Positions 22,401 to 35,555 of a stretch of 64,000 nucleotides of DNA are shown here, piece by piece. The DNA comes from Yuukianura sp. NJ FZ-2021 (Eukaryota). The DNA lies in assembly GCA_046563655.1 (NCBI GenBank), contig CM102285.1, positions 15,190,001-15,254,000 on the forward strand, in the 5' to 3' direction. Every line of letters starts with the position of its first letter. The first letter of the stretch is position 1. The notes below the pieces were generated by a model. It was not told the origin of the DNA, did not search any database, and worked only from the letters and a program-made list of their open reading frames with translations. The position numbers and the translations under genes are program-made.

Positions 22401-25400
22401 TCTGATTGGTCAATGTCTAAATAAAAAAAAAACACAAAAAGAGGAAAACGTCAAACACAATTTCAAACTCATTCAAACTCTTTTTCAACAAAAATACTTC
22501 AAAAACGAGAAACAATAATGGAAAGTTACCGCTTTTTGGCAATTTTTCGGAAGTGTTAGTAGCTGTTTCCCGGAAGATGTCGTGTTTCTGCTCAACTGAC
22601 GCCGACATTGTCTTTTTGAAATCATACAACGGTGGTGGTAATGTTGCCTCTGCAGTAGTTGTTTCTGTCACTTCCTGAATCGCTGGATCTTCTTTCGTCA
22701 GGGAAGTTCTGGCTGAGTTGACAATCACGGAATGATTTTCAGCGACAGTCTTGATTGGAGTCAACTTCGGCGGGAAATCAGGGAGAAGTTCTCTGACATG
22801 CGCTGAAATGTCACTTCTGCTCATCGGAACGAGACCAAATCCTCCTTTTGTAGTTTCTGACTTGCGCCGACTCATTTTACTCTTTGGTCTAACTTCAGCT
22901 GAATCATATTGTGGTTCCAGGAGAGGTGGTTTGGAGTCTGTCTGAACTGAGGATTTGGATCTCGTTCTATTTTTAGCAGGTACTTGAGGTGCATTCTGAC
23001 CACTACTGTCCTTCGTGACCTTTGGACGGGATGTTTTGGAAGAAGTCTTCTTGGCCTTGGCTGGTTTGAACTTGATTGATTGTTCTTCGGCAACTGACTG
23101 CTGCGTGAGTGGAATTCCAGAAATCGCTGAAGAATCGCTGTTTGTACTTGGAAGAGGGTACACTCCTGGTTTTGGAGTAAGCGGCGGAGGGGGGATGTTG
23201 GGGTTGTAAGTGGGCGTGGTTCCACCAGATTCATCCCTTCGCGGACTCACGACCACCGCAGAATTCTTCCCTCTTAAAGAAATATGCAGCGGTGGAACTC
23301 TGGGTTGCTCAGGAATCGCTGAATCGCTGATTCTGACTCCTCCTTCGCTTGAACTTTCTGATGGACCCTGGACAGCCTTCTCTGGCTTCTTCGCAAAGGA
23401 AACATCCACTTTGTAAGCAGGTTCATTCTTTTCCAATTTCAACCTCAACTTGATTTTTTCTGCCGTCGGACCAGCAGTATCGGATGTTGTTGTTGTCGCA
23501 GAGGCTGGAGCTGCCGTAACGGATGCTAAAAAGAAAAAAAAAATCAAATTTTAATTTTGAAAATACTTTTTAAATTTTGTTGTAAATGTTAAAAGTAGTT
23601 TTAGTTTTTCTTACCAGGTTTTCCTAGAGCAGACAAAGGCTTTCCTTGTGGACTTTGAGCAGTGACTGTCGTGTCCTTGGGCTGAAGTCGACTGATGCTT
23701 TTACCGCGCATGCCCTTCCCTTTGCCTCTACGTCCATCTTCCTCTTCTTCGTCACTTTCTGAACTTTCTGAACGCTCTCCTGGAATTGGTTCCAAATGGC
23801 CTGTCAATGGATTTAAAAGAACTCGCGGCTTACCACCCGTTGAAAATGGTTTAGACGCCTTTCGAATCCTCTTTCCAGCGTGTTGACTAGCAGAAGGCTT
23901 GGAGTCATCTTGTGACTGACTACTCAGAATTGCACGGTACATTGTGGAAATTAGTCTCGGAGGGGGAACAGTTGGAGTAACAAAAGTAGCAGAAGTGGCA
24001 ACCGGAGTGGCAACAGTTGCCACTTGCGTCGTTGCCACTGCCACTGGCTGCACCGGTGTGGAATGCTGAGAGACTTCCGTCGTTTGAGGGTTCACAGGAG
24101 CTGGACTTCTTGTGATTGGACCAAAATTTCTAAACTGATTTTGACCTGGAACCTGATTCTGCATTTGAGGTCGGTTGACGTTGGGCGCAGCAGTGGATAC
24201 AACATTTTGCTGTTGAGAATTCTGTTGCGAATTCTGTTGGGAATTCTGTTGTTGCAAATTCTGTTGGGAATTCTGTTGAAGTACAATTTGATGCTGTTGT
24301 TGTTGTTGGAATTGCTGAACCATATAGTTGGATTGGGCATGAGTTGTCATCTGTTGTGGATTTTGACCTTGTTGTTGCAACTGTTGATTTTGAATTTGTG
24401 CGTTTACGGGTTGACCTTGCGGCAAATTCAGTTGAGAATTTTGGACAATGACTTGGGGTCTTTGCTGCTGATTCTGTGTAACCATTTGGCGGTTCTGCAA
24501 GGAAACTCCCGCGTTTTGTTGCTGACTTTGGAATTGCTGACTTTTCTGCATTTGGATTTGCTGGTTTTGAATTAAAAATTGAACATTGTGCTGACCTTGG
24601 GCAGAAGTCTGTGCATTTTGGGTGAAGTGCTGAGTTTGTTGGGAGAACTGGAGTTGATTTTGCTGTTGATGAGGAGGAATTCCTGCTGATTGGGACAATT
24701 CCTGATTCTGCCTCTGCTTCAACTGGAGTTCATGATTCTGCAGTTGAATCAGCTGATTATGGTGCAGTTGTTGCTGAATATTTTGTGTCTGTTGCTGTTG
24801 TTGTTGGTTAGAAGCCATAAGATTCTGGTGTTGCTGGTTCTGGACATAAACGTTCTGTTGCTGTTGTTGTTGCATAGATACGTTGGTCTGATACATTCCT
24901 TGCTGTTGTTGTTGCTGGTAAAGTGAATGATGTTGCTGCGAGTACATTTGTTGTTGCTGAATTCCTGACGGCTGATGTTGCGGAATTCCTGATTGCTGAT
25001 GTTGCTGAATTCCTGACTGCTGTTGATGTGCAATTCCTGACTGTTGTTGCTGTTGCTGAATTCCAGCCTGTTGCTGTTGATGTAGAATTCCTGACTGTTG
25101 TTGGTGTGGAATTCCCTGCATTTGGATTTGTGTGGGTGTTTGGGGCCTTTGGATTTGAATTGCATAGCCTTGACCAACATTTGACCTCTGACCTTGCTCT
25201 TGACTTTGAAAAAATTGGTACCTGTGATGCTGCTGTTGCATGCCACTTGGACCAGGTCCATTTACCAACAGTGTTGCTTGTGCGCCCTGCTGATTTTGAA
25301 ACTCCAGTCGATGCTGAAACATTTGTTGGTTTTGAGACTGGTGCTGTTGCTGCTGCTGGATATGTTGGGGTACTTGATTCGAAGAGTATTTTATCGTTTG

Positions 25401-27345
25401 ACCTTGAACACTGGTCAGCTGACCTTGACCTTGGTACTGCTGCTGGATCCCCATTTGAGCTGGATTCACTAATCGGAAGTTCCCTCCTTGGTGATAAAGT
25501 GTCATTTGCCTCACTTGACCTTGCTGGATTTGACCTTGACCTTGCTGTTGATTTGACAAAGTTGTGCCCTGCTGCGTAATGTTATTCTGCATCAGTTGGT
25601 TTTCGCCTATTTGTGTTGTATGATTGAATGTCGCCTGAGGTTCAGTTGGCGGCATAGGAGAAGCGGATGGACTGGGGTGACAAGGCGACATGTCGCCAGC
25701 GGGTGACGACGGTTGTTGGCCCATGTCCAGACTAAGACCTCGCTTCATCTTGCGCTGCTGCTGCAGAAGTTGGTACCTTTTCACTTTAGGATTGTCCAGC
25801 GACAGAGAAATGGACAGCGGTGGTGGCGGCATGGAAGTTCTCGCTTCTTCAGCCGAACTCTGATTGATTGAAGTAGGTTGAGGCTGCGCAGTACTTGAAG
25901 TGTTGGATTCGGTGGTTCCATCTCCGTATTGCAGAAGATTGACCAATAAGGGGCTGGATGAGTTTGGCTTCTCACCAGTCGCCTGAGTGAACTGACTTTG
26001 ACCTTGACCTTGAGGTAGAACAAACTGGGCTGACTGTTGAAGGTGTTGGGTATAAGGCGGGGGCGGTGGGACGGCCCCACCGGGTGGCGTAGCTTCAACA
26101 AACTGGAGTTGTAAGCTCTGACTTGAAGATGATGATGATGATGATGATGCTGGACTCTGACCACTGCTAACTAGATTAAGATTAGAATTAACATTCACTC
26201 CTTGGGTAACACCAGTACTGTTGAATATAAAACGAGTCTGATCACTTCTTAGTAGAGTACTTTGGGAGGGTCCTTGGACAACTGCTGCTCGATTTGTACT
26301 TCGTATCAGATTATTAGTCGACCCAGCACTGGAGGAAGGGACAGAAGAAACTGGAGACTTTGCTGGAGAAGGGCTGCTGGACAAAGTGAGGGAGTCACTG
26401 CGCTGGAGCGTGTGGACAGCATGGGTCATGCTGGAGAAGGAAAATGGACCACCATGGAGAGGTCTTGGAGTTGGAGCAGAAGCGGCTTTTGGAAGTGACG
26501 GAATTGATTCTCCACTGGGAGCAACGACATTTGGACTAACAAATGATGCAGTTCCGCTTCCTCCTTGCTGAAAAGTGTGTTGTTGTGACGGATGAGAAGA
26601 CGACGAAGGTTGGTTCTGTCGATTAGTCTGACTATTCGGCACGAGAGAGGAGAGAAATGCGGAGGCAGAAGGAATAGACAGACTGGTGGCGGCAGTAGTT
26701 GGCCCACAACTGGACTGTGACAACAGCAGCTCTTGAGGCTCGTTATTCTTCCCAGCCAACGTCAAAGAGATCACCTAAAGTAGTCACAATTTAAGTCAAA
26801 GGTCAACGAATGATTAAGATTGTTGTATGTTATTAGCTAACCTGATCACCCTCAACTTGAACAGAGAGAATGCCCAACTGCCTCAACACTTGATTCCCTT
26901 GCTGGGCCAATACCCTTAGCCTCTGAGCAGCTTCCTTCGGGATACTGATCGTCACTCGCACAGAATTCCATGGCTCTATCTTACGAACTTTAAAAACTTC
27001 TTCTTTTTTACCTAAGAAATAACAACATGAATTAGTAATCGAGTCAAATATAAGCACATTTCCTTATTTACAGAAATTGGATTGATAACTTCAGCTTGAA
27101 TTCCAATTCCCATCAATCCAAATTCTTCACAAGCATCGAAACCAAAACGTTTTGGATGGGAAACTTAAAATAAGTGGCCCCTGACCCAGCCCCCACTGAA
27201 TCTATTTTGATGACTTACTTTTATATAATAAACTTTTCAATTTGTCAACTATCAACTGAAACTTTGTTGAAAAGTCGGGGTCATGAAGATTTCCTTCACA
27301 GGTCACTACAGCTTCCGAGAAGTCCGCTTCATCTTCAGAAGCCAT
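16483..27345 (-). CDS. NCOA6: Nuclear receptor coactivator 6-like protein (~3350 aa, 9 coding exons)
   Basis: Exons 27345-27219, 27011-26842, 26774-23615, 23525-22530, 22416-19063, 18978-17260, 17178-17013, 16935-16631, 16538-16483 (10053 nt, divisible by 3, all GT-AG). N-terminal NCOA6 domain ([48 protein letters not shown]), NR box [10 protein letters not shown]-rich and E-rich low-complexity regions. Confidence 0.9.
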
Positions 27346-28254
27346 GTCTACAAAAGTAAAAACCAAAAGAGTAAACATTAGATTTTAACATCTTGTTCTG
27401 GAAGTTAGGAACTGTAGATTGACGGTAGATTGGTGGAAGTGGGACAGCACATACTTGACTTGGATAACGGAGGTTAAGGAACATGAGTGTGTTGGATCAA
27501 TAAGTATGAATTAACGATTTGAGTAAACTAAGGACGGCAATTAAGAAGTGATGACCTTACCATGACATAGGGGGGATGTGTGCATGATGGGGTCATGCAG
27601 TTGACCTATGTGATGTGGAGGACAGCGTGTGCTGCTTCCGGTTGTCCTTCGTGTGCTGGAGAGCTAACTTTTAAATTGTCCATGGAACAATAATAACAAC
27701 CGCTGCCATTTTGCAATCTTTCCAACTTTTTTTGTTGTGCACTATAGTGGAAGGGCTGAGTCTACGGAAGGATATACACTCTATACCTTCACTACAACAC
27801 AATTCCAAAACACACCCGTTTCACAATAAGTTTGCAATAGTCACACTGTACTTATACTTTCTTGCAAAGGTAATTGCAAAACCATATTCCAACCAAGTGC
27901 ACTTTAGAATTCACAAATTGATGTTTTTCTTTTTCAGTTTTTTCGAATAAAAAACAATAAATTAAATTAATGTTACAATAAAACATAAAAAATCAAGTAG
28001 GATTAGGATTTTCTTGGTTCTATGAACATTGAAATTGATAAATTATGAATGATAATTAACAGAAATATAAGGGACGGATGGTTGGATGAACTAATGAATC
28101 AGCTATTTATTACGACATCACCAACATGGCCCTCCGAACTTCAGTATTTTGGAGTGGCGTAACGTTTTTTACAATATTTGACTAAAATGACTTTGAATCA
28201 TTCCGCATCCGACTGGGTATTTTAGCTGATTTTGGGATGAATGTGATTAACTTA

Positions 28255-28596
28255 TTAGGATTCATCTGGCGAGCAAGACTGGAACAGACCAAGGTTTCTC
28301 ATTCGCTGGAAGTCGGCCTCTGCATCGTACGTCCTACATCAAACAAAGTGGTTACTATCTTACGATTACGAAACGTTCAAGTTGCTAACTAAACGTATTT
28401 GACCCCGCTCAAGAAGGTCAAGCTTATGATGTGAAAAAGGTACTTACTTGTAGAAGTCAGCGTATGCCTGGCGCCGAGGGAGCAATACGGTGTAGCGAAA
28501 GGTCAATGCCGCAGAGACGGCCAGAATGGTTGTTATGATCATATCCTTCTTGAATTGACGGGCCGTAAACCCTCGCATGATCGGTTTCACCACCAT
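28255..28596 (-). CDS. COX6C: Cytochrome c oxidase subunit 6C (cyclope-like)
   Basis: Exons 28596-28448 and 28333-28255: MVVKPIMRGFTARQFKKDMIITTILAVSAALTFRYTVLLPRRQAYADFYKTYDAEADFQRMRNLGLFQSCSPDES*. KP.MRG, PR..AYADFYK.YD and M...G.FQS motifs. Not in the ORF track. Confidence 0.93.
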
Positions 28597-29340
28597 CTAA
28601 ATTCAATTCATTTCATTTTTATACCATTTTATACATAAAACAAAAGTACTGACAGTATTTCCTTGATCGATTACTTACCTTTGCAGTTCACTCCTCCAAA
28701 ATAAGTCAATGAGTGTAAGAGCGATAATTTGTTTCAATTCTAATCCCGAGTCGAATGAAATCCAAATGTGTAACTTCCGTTTCCCGGATCTTCTAAAAAA
28801 AATCGATCACTCCTTTTCGTACTGTTACAAAAGATACCCCAAATAAAATTCCTTTTTGGGTGTTGGCAAATCAAAAAGACACACACATACCCATCACCTC
28901 CAACAAGAATCTACACGCATGCGCAATAAGTTTATTTTTTCAAAGGTTGTACTTTCAGCACTTATAGTTTTTAAACTTGTAATGTACATTTTACATTACT
29001 TAGTTGAATTTTTCCGGCTAATTTGTATAACTAGTAATTTATAATTATAATTATTATAAAGTTTAAATATTTAAATAAAAATGTCCACCTCTGTTTACTG
29101 GTGATTGGTAGGCGTGGTAGGAACGTAATACTAATTTTGATTAGTTTAAAGTTCGCGCTAGAACGCTGATTTTGAAAAGTGAGATAAGTTTGTGATAAGA
29201 GGATTACAGTTATATCAGCTGATCCTCTTTACATGCAAATTCAACCATCGTGGATGTAAACAGTAAACACAAAACAAAAGACACATTTTGCAGATCAATT
29301 GAAACTACGTCCTAAGTCAATTACTCAAGTTAATTACAGA

Positions 29341-30829
29341 ATGGATGCATCTCCGGCGATATACGGACTAGAATCTCAGGTATATCATTCTACATGTCCA
29401 AAAACTAAATCGATTAACGGTTAAAGCCGATTATGAATTATGGATTTTTGTATATCAGGGAAGAGCACTGTGTTCCCACACTGGTGACGTGGATACGATT
29501 CGTTTCTTTGTTGGAACGTTGTCTACAAGATCCCATGGACAAATCCATCAGTTGGACTTTGATGACGAAAGGAACAAAATCACCAAGAAAATATACAAAC
29601 CCAAAATAGGAGAGATATGGCACATTTCCAGTAGTCCCACATCAAATGTTCTCCTTGGCCTTTGCTACAACCACATTACAGGTGATAAAAAATCGTTAAA
29701 AATGGATGAAAAATCGGAACCGATTGTAGTCTTGTACTCTTAACATTTTATTCTGGAATGCAATCAAAATGTTTGTTCTTTTTAAAGACAGGTCAGCCCA
29801 GTTGAGATCTTCTCTCTGGAAACTGCCAGCAGCAGGCAGTTCGAAACAAGAAGATTTGGAACATGTTTGTGAATTGGTTCCGGAAGACGATCTTCTCAAG
29901 CAAGAAGAATGTCACACCCTGGACTGGCATCCTACAAGAGGATCACTTGCAACTGTGCTGGACAATGCCTTTCTCACTTGGACTTTGGATGAAGGAGGAG
30001 CTGCCAGAGTAAGAACAAGACAGATAAAAACTTAGGTTAGATTTTGAGATTTAATTTCGGATTTAATTTTGTTTCTTCAGGTAAAGGATACTCATCGATT
30101 GGACCGTGCCCTTTACAGTGGAAAATGGAATCCACATTTAGATGGGAACCAGTTTGGAGTGATTAGTGGAACTTCTGTGATAGCTCTGGATACAAGGAGT
30201 AGCAAGGAAGCATGGACAGTACCAGTAGCTCACAAGTTCCAAGTACGCCACATTGACTTCAACCCAAACAAACAGTTCTCTTTTGCAAGCTGTGGAGATG
30301 ACTGCTGTGCTCGCTTCTGGGATTATCGAAACACTTCAGAGCCACTCAAAGTTATCAAGGCACATTCACATTGGTATGTCCATTTTAAAAAATAAAGTTC
30401 ACACAAAACAATTGGTCAATCTTAGTTTCGATTGCAGGGTGTGGAGAGTTCAGTTCAATTCATTCCATGACCAGCTCATTCTCACGGCTGGAAGCGATTC
30501 CAGAGTCATTCTGCACTCAATTCCTTCAATTTCTTCTGAACCCAAAGGCCACGTTGTTTTCAGCGACAGTGAAGAGGAGCACGAACGGCAATCAGCTCCG
30601 TAAGATTTTCAGTTAAAAAGTAATCGATTAACAATTAACAGACATAATCTAATTAACTTTTAACAGATTAGAGGAAGGGATCATAGCAAAACACGAAGTA
30701 CATGAAGATGCTGTTTATGCTGTGGAATGGTCGAATTGCGATGCTTGGACATACGCTTCTCTCAGTTATGATGGGCGAGTCGTAATTAGTCGTGTACCCA
30801 AATCTCATAAATACAAAATCATTCTATAA
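29341..30829 (+). CDS. EIPR1: EARP/GARP-interacting WD40 protein EIPR1 (TSSC1), 366 aa
   Basis: Exons 29341-29379, 29459-29681, 29788-30008, 30081-30373, 30438-30599, 30667-30829 (1101 nt). [55 protein letters not shown]-terminal [23 protein letters not shown]. Confidence 0.93.
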
Positions 30830-31133
30830 ATTCAAAAATGGATTTTAGTTCTAATTTATTTTGCTCATTTTTATGCGGAATTTTCTACTCGCCTTTTCTT
30901 AAACAGAAAAAAGACTTAGCATTTAGAAATAATGTTGATTGCAAATACTGCAATTTGAAATAATTTTGAATGATTCCTAAGACGTAGTAAATTATTAGTT
31001 AGATTGTGTAAACGTAAATGCTCCTTGCCTGCCAAGAAACTGAAGTTATCGCTTAAGGAGTAATAGCTTGTAGTTGGTTGGAATCTTGGTCGAGTTTCAG
31101 CTGAACATTGACCTTTAGCAATTGTGTTGTGGA

Positions 31134-31659
31134 TTAAATGGCGTCGATATCGTCCTCACTCTCCTCTGCATCCGACATTTCATCAAACTCAATGTCGTCA
31201 TCCATTCCTTCGTCCACGAAGGTCACCGTTTCTGAAATCTTGACTGACTCTGGGAACTCTCCGTATGATTTCAGATTGCGAGCTTCATCGGGTGTGTACT
31301 TGAGGATCACATCTGCCTTTGTGTCCTGGTAGTCTCGGAGTCCTACGAGAATGATGTCTCCTGCATTGATCCACACTTTCTTCCGCAACTTTCCACGAAT
31401 GTGACACAGGCGCTTAGTCCCTAAACAACAAGTTTAATGTTAAAAGTTTAACAATGTTAGGATTGATTACTTTGTGAAACACAAAGTGAACCACCTTACC
31501 GTCGAAACACATAGCTTCTAAACGACCATTTCCCAACATCTTCGTGACTTGGGCATACTCCTGCCCATCTTCTTTGAAAACCAACTCTCTTTTCTCCGTT
31601 TCGTTTTCGTTCTTTCCTCGCCTACGATTTTTACCTCCCTTTCCCTTGTTCTTCGGCAT
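31134..31659 (-). CDS. eIF1A: Eukaryotic translation initiation factor 1A
   Basis: Exons 31659-31500 and 31420-31134: [59 protein letters not shown].., acidic C-terminal tail. Confidence 0.98.
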
Positions 31660-32601
31660 GGTATTCCTTTTTTATGTGGAAATCAACCAACGTCTGTGTG
31701 TAGTTCCTAAAAACAATGAAAGTGTTAGGATTTGACATATGACACAAAGAGATGTCCATACTTTTAAGAATACACTTTATGTATCAACTGTTGAACTGCT
31801 TCTTAATGATTGTCGGTTACCTTTTGACAGAGTATCCTTGATTGAGTGGTGCTAGCCGTGGTGGTCGCAACCTCAAATTTGACTTAAAAAATCAAAAACA
31901 CTGACAAGTAATTGAGTGTTTTGTGAGAACTTAATTGACTTCAGGCAGGAAGGAATTTGGATTTTGGAGGAAGGAAGAGGTGACGTCACACCCAGATAAA
32001 CTTCTCTCGCAATTGCATCAGGAATTTGGCAAATCGAAAAAAAAATGAAAGTTTGTGAAAACATGTGGGACAAAACATCACGTGAGCCAACAGTTCCTCT
32101 AACTTCAGAAATCAACACGCGCCAAATTCAAAATTTCAAATATCAAATGAATTTGGCGCCTCTATCTACCTCTGCTGCTCGGAGGCGTCCTCGTCTCCTT
32201 ATGAGAATCAAAAACACTTTCAAGGAGAAAGTTATTTGGCCAATTGGAAAGTTGTGCAAATTATGCTAGAGTTTTAACGATTAATTTGGTACTCAAAATG
32301 GCGGTTGATCGGTGTGAAAGAACTTTCGCTAGTATACTTCGTGTTTCTTTACCACAATAAACACTTTTTTCAACAAAACTTCCATTTTCCACGCGTAGAC
32401 TTCGATCAAAATGAATTTTCAACCGGAAACAAAAACTAGGAAGAAAGTTGGTGAAAATAATGCATAGAAAGTGGAATTAGAAAGCTGTTGACCTTTGACT
32501 TTGTTTGAACGAGTTACAATTTTGTAACTTACAAAATGTGTGTGGAATTTGTGTTTGAAGAGTGGACGAAATCAAAACCGAAAAATAAGCGGAGGCAACT
32601 C

Positions 32602-33267
32602 GGGGGTTTGGAGTTGGGATGGTCCCCACATGCATTTTTTCCATTGCCACCTCACAGTCTTCACCACCCCCAACTCCAAAAGAGTAGAATCCAAAGGAAT
32701 CCTACTCCTTCCCTCGTCATATAAAAGGGAAGCTCACCAAGTTTCTCCTCTTCACTCAATCCAGTGGAGCTTCCACCGTTCTCGTCCGCTGTGACCTATG
32801 ACCCTTCACTCTTATTTTTCTTATGACTAAATCTTTGACCCAGCAGGTCAAGGTCATGGCATTTATGCAATTCTCATAGTCACTCCGTCATGCAGACTTT
32901 TGGTGGCATTTTGGTTCATTTGTTGGTTTTTGTGTAGTGATTGTGATGATTTTGGTTTGTCTTCCTTTTTATATGAAAGCAAAAGGAGTAAGATGCTGCT
33001 CGTCTGGGTCTATTTATAACATTTCCCATTCCGAGTGCGGACCTAGTCGGCTAACAAGAATTCCGCAACAATTTTGTTTTTGAGTCATTTTGTCTCAAGT
33101 CCAAGTCACCTTGAAGGCTAATTCTCAGAAAATTCAGAAACTGCAGAATGGGGTATCTCTAATGCTGAGATAACCCATTCTGCAGTTTTTGTTGTTTTCT
33201 GAGAATTAGCCCCAAAAGGACTTGGACTTGAGACAAAATTGCGGGAACTCGTTTCCAAAATTCAAAA
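32602..33267 (+). mobile_element. Composite multi-palindrome repeat, copy A (666 bp), upstream of LTV1
   Basis: Reverse-complement match to 62105-62734 apart from scattered substitutions and a ~36-bp indel (~32861-32897). Contains hairpin 32607-32680, foldback 32699-32994 and foldback 33087-33239. No TSD or ORF seen. Confidence 0.8.
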
Positions 33268-33461
33268 CTGTACTTATTTAATAGTGCTTTTTTATCAGCA
33301 CATTGGAAAATGTGGTTTTTCTCTCATCTGTTTACATTTCCCATTAATTGGGTCGAAAGTCAAGTTAATTAATTACTAATTAACTAAGAATCCCTTGATC
33401 CGTTACTCATCAGTTGTAGTGTTATTGATTAGTCGTCGTCGTTTGGTTTGAAATTATAGCA

Positions 33462-35501
33462 ATGGTGAGTAGTAGCTTGGTTCAGAATCCAATTTATTTA
33501 CATCCGAATTCCTTGTTCCATACATGTGATACGTGGTAAATTAGGACCACTAATTGATTACTTTTGTTTATTAGCCTGGAAAGAAGAAGAAGTTTATTGA
33601 GAAGAAGAATGCGGTTACTTTCTACTTGGCCCATCGATCTCAGCGGGATCCGCTAATAGCAGATGAAACTGCACCTCAACGAGTATTAGTCCCCATAAAT
33701 CAAGCAGGGGCTGGGGATGAAGCGTCTGGTCCAGTTCCTGGATCCAGCAGGGGAAACACAAATGAGGTCAAATTCTTTACTTACAGCAATCTGAAGGAGT
33801 TTATAGTTATCGTGTTTGAATAGTTGTTTGAATGGGTTTGGATTGTGTATTTTTAGGCCAAGAAACGAAAAGAAGAGGAGCAGAAGTTCGGTATTTACTT
33901 TGACGATGACTACGATTATCTTCAGCATCTGCGAGACTCTCAAGAAGTGTCAAACGTTGAGTGGGATTTCTGTGAACGCATCTACGCACCAGACTTAAAA
34001 CCAGAGCAGCGTCTTCCTAAAAAACCGGAATCAAAGGTTGGAATCTTATTTAAATACTCAACTCAACTAATTAAGATCCAATACAAATTGTTTTTTCTTC
34101 TTAGAATTTCAAACTGAATCTTCCATCATCAGTTTTTGAGTCAGAATATGTTGAAGACATTGGACTTCTCAATAAAGCGGCACCAAGCTATGGTACCCTC
34201 ATTACTGTTAAAATTGAAAATTGAAATTAAAATTAAAATTGAAAAACAAATTGAAAATTCAAATCTTAAATCCTCTAGGACCGCGGCCTGACTTGGATCC
34301 AGACATCATTGCCGGTTTGGACGATGACTTTGACTACAACAATCCAGATAATGAGCTGGAGGACAACTTCATAGAACTAGCCGGAAATGCTGAAGATGCT
34401 GACATGCCAATTGCTAAAGAAGAGCTGGATGGTCTATTCAGTGACGAGGATGGAGATGATAACGAGGAAATGGAAGAAGAAGAAGATGATGAAGATGCAG
34501 ATACTCTCGGGAGTTTGGAAGGAGCTCAATACAATCAAAGTGATGATGAAGATCAGGGGAATCGATCCCACTTTACATCTTATTCCATGTCAAGTTCAGT
34601 TGTGAGGAGAAATGATCAGCTGACTCTTCTGGATGATCGATTTGAGAAGATGTTTACTGAATACGAAGAGACGGAAATTGGACCACTGGATTGTGATGAA
34701 ATTGAAGGTGACCTTGACCCTGACTCGGACATTCTCATGCAGTATGCAGAAAAATATGAAGCTGAGAAGGCTAAAGAAAATATGCTGAACCAGAAGATTT
34801 TAGAATTAGCAATTCAAGAAGACGAGTCATCGGAGGAGGAAAGTGACGAAGACGACAGTTCAGACGAGCAGAATGAAGGGAAGAAATGGGACTGTGAATC
34901 CATTTTGTCAACTTACTCCAACAAGCACAATCGTCCTAAACTAATCAAGGAACCTTCCAAGGTAAGTGTTTCGTACAATGAAATATTTTGTGTTGCATCA
35001 AATCAAAATCCAGTTTCCACTAATCTGAAACCACTTTTGCACTTTTTTTTTTCAGCGCAACTTGATTAAAATCAGCGGGAAGACTGGAATGCCTGTGGGT
35101 GTGCTTGGATCTGGGCTTACAACTGGAAACCTCAAAGAACTGGACGCAACTTACAACGCTGAACATCCAGAAGACCGTCATCCAGACACAAAGTCCGTTG
35201 GGAGCATGGTGAGCTCCATTTGGTTACCAAGAGCCAAAACGGAAACACCCGAAGAGAGAATGGAAAGGAAACTAAGAGTGAAGGAATACAAACGAGTAAG
35301 TCCATATTTCAATTAATTAACCAAATAGTTGTTAATTTTAATAAATTTATTAACTAAATAATTAACTAAATTTTTCTTTTTGTTTGATAGGAACGTCGCT
35401 TAGAAAGAAAGGCCAACTCAGAAGCGTTCAAGGAAGAGAAGAAGCGCCAAGTGAAGGTGAGACTCAACTGCAAAGCCAATGTCAGCGGACTAAAACTTTA
35501 A
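33462..35501 (+). CDS. LTV1: 40S ribosome biogenesis factor LTV1
   Basis: ATG-only first coding exon (33462-33464|gtgagt), then PGKKKKFIEKKNAVTFYLAHRSQRDPL..APQRVL; FGIYFDDDYDYLQHLR; SYSMSSSVVRRNDQLTLLDDRFE; WDCESILSTYSN; ERRLERKAN..; stop TAA 35499-35501. Confidence 0.95.
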
Positions 35502-35555
35502 TTAAAGTTTTAATAAATTTTAATTGTTAATTAAAATTTTAATAAAAGTTTAAGT

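Noticed and set aside
24024..25579. Antisense ORFs of 183 and 218 aa (and others) over NCOA6
   Set aside because: Shadows of CAA/CAG-rich codons, which lack stops on the opposite strand; low-complexity V/A/L products.
32536..32794. Paired similar ORFs (GVWSWDGPHMH..) at 32.5 kb and 62.5-62.8 kb as a small gene family
   Set aside because: They arise from the non-coding repeat copies, have different non-ATG starts and are frameshifted relative to each other.
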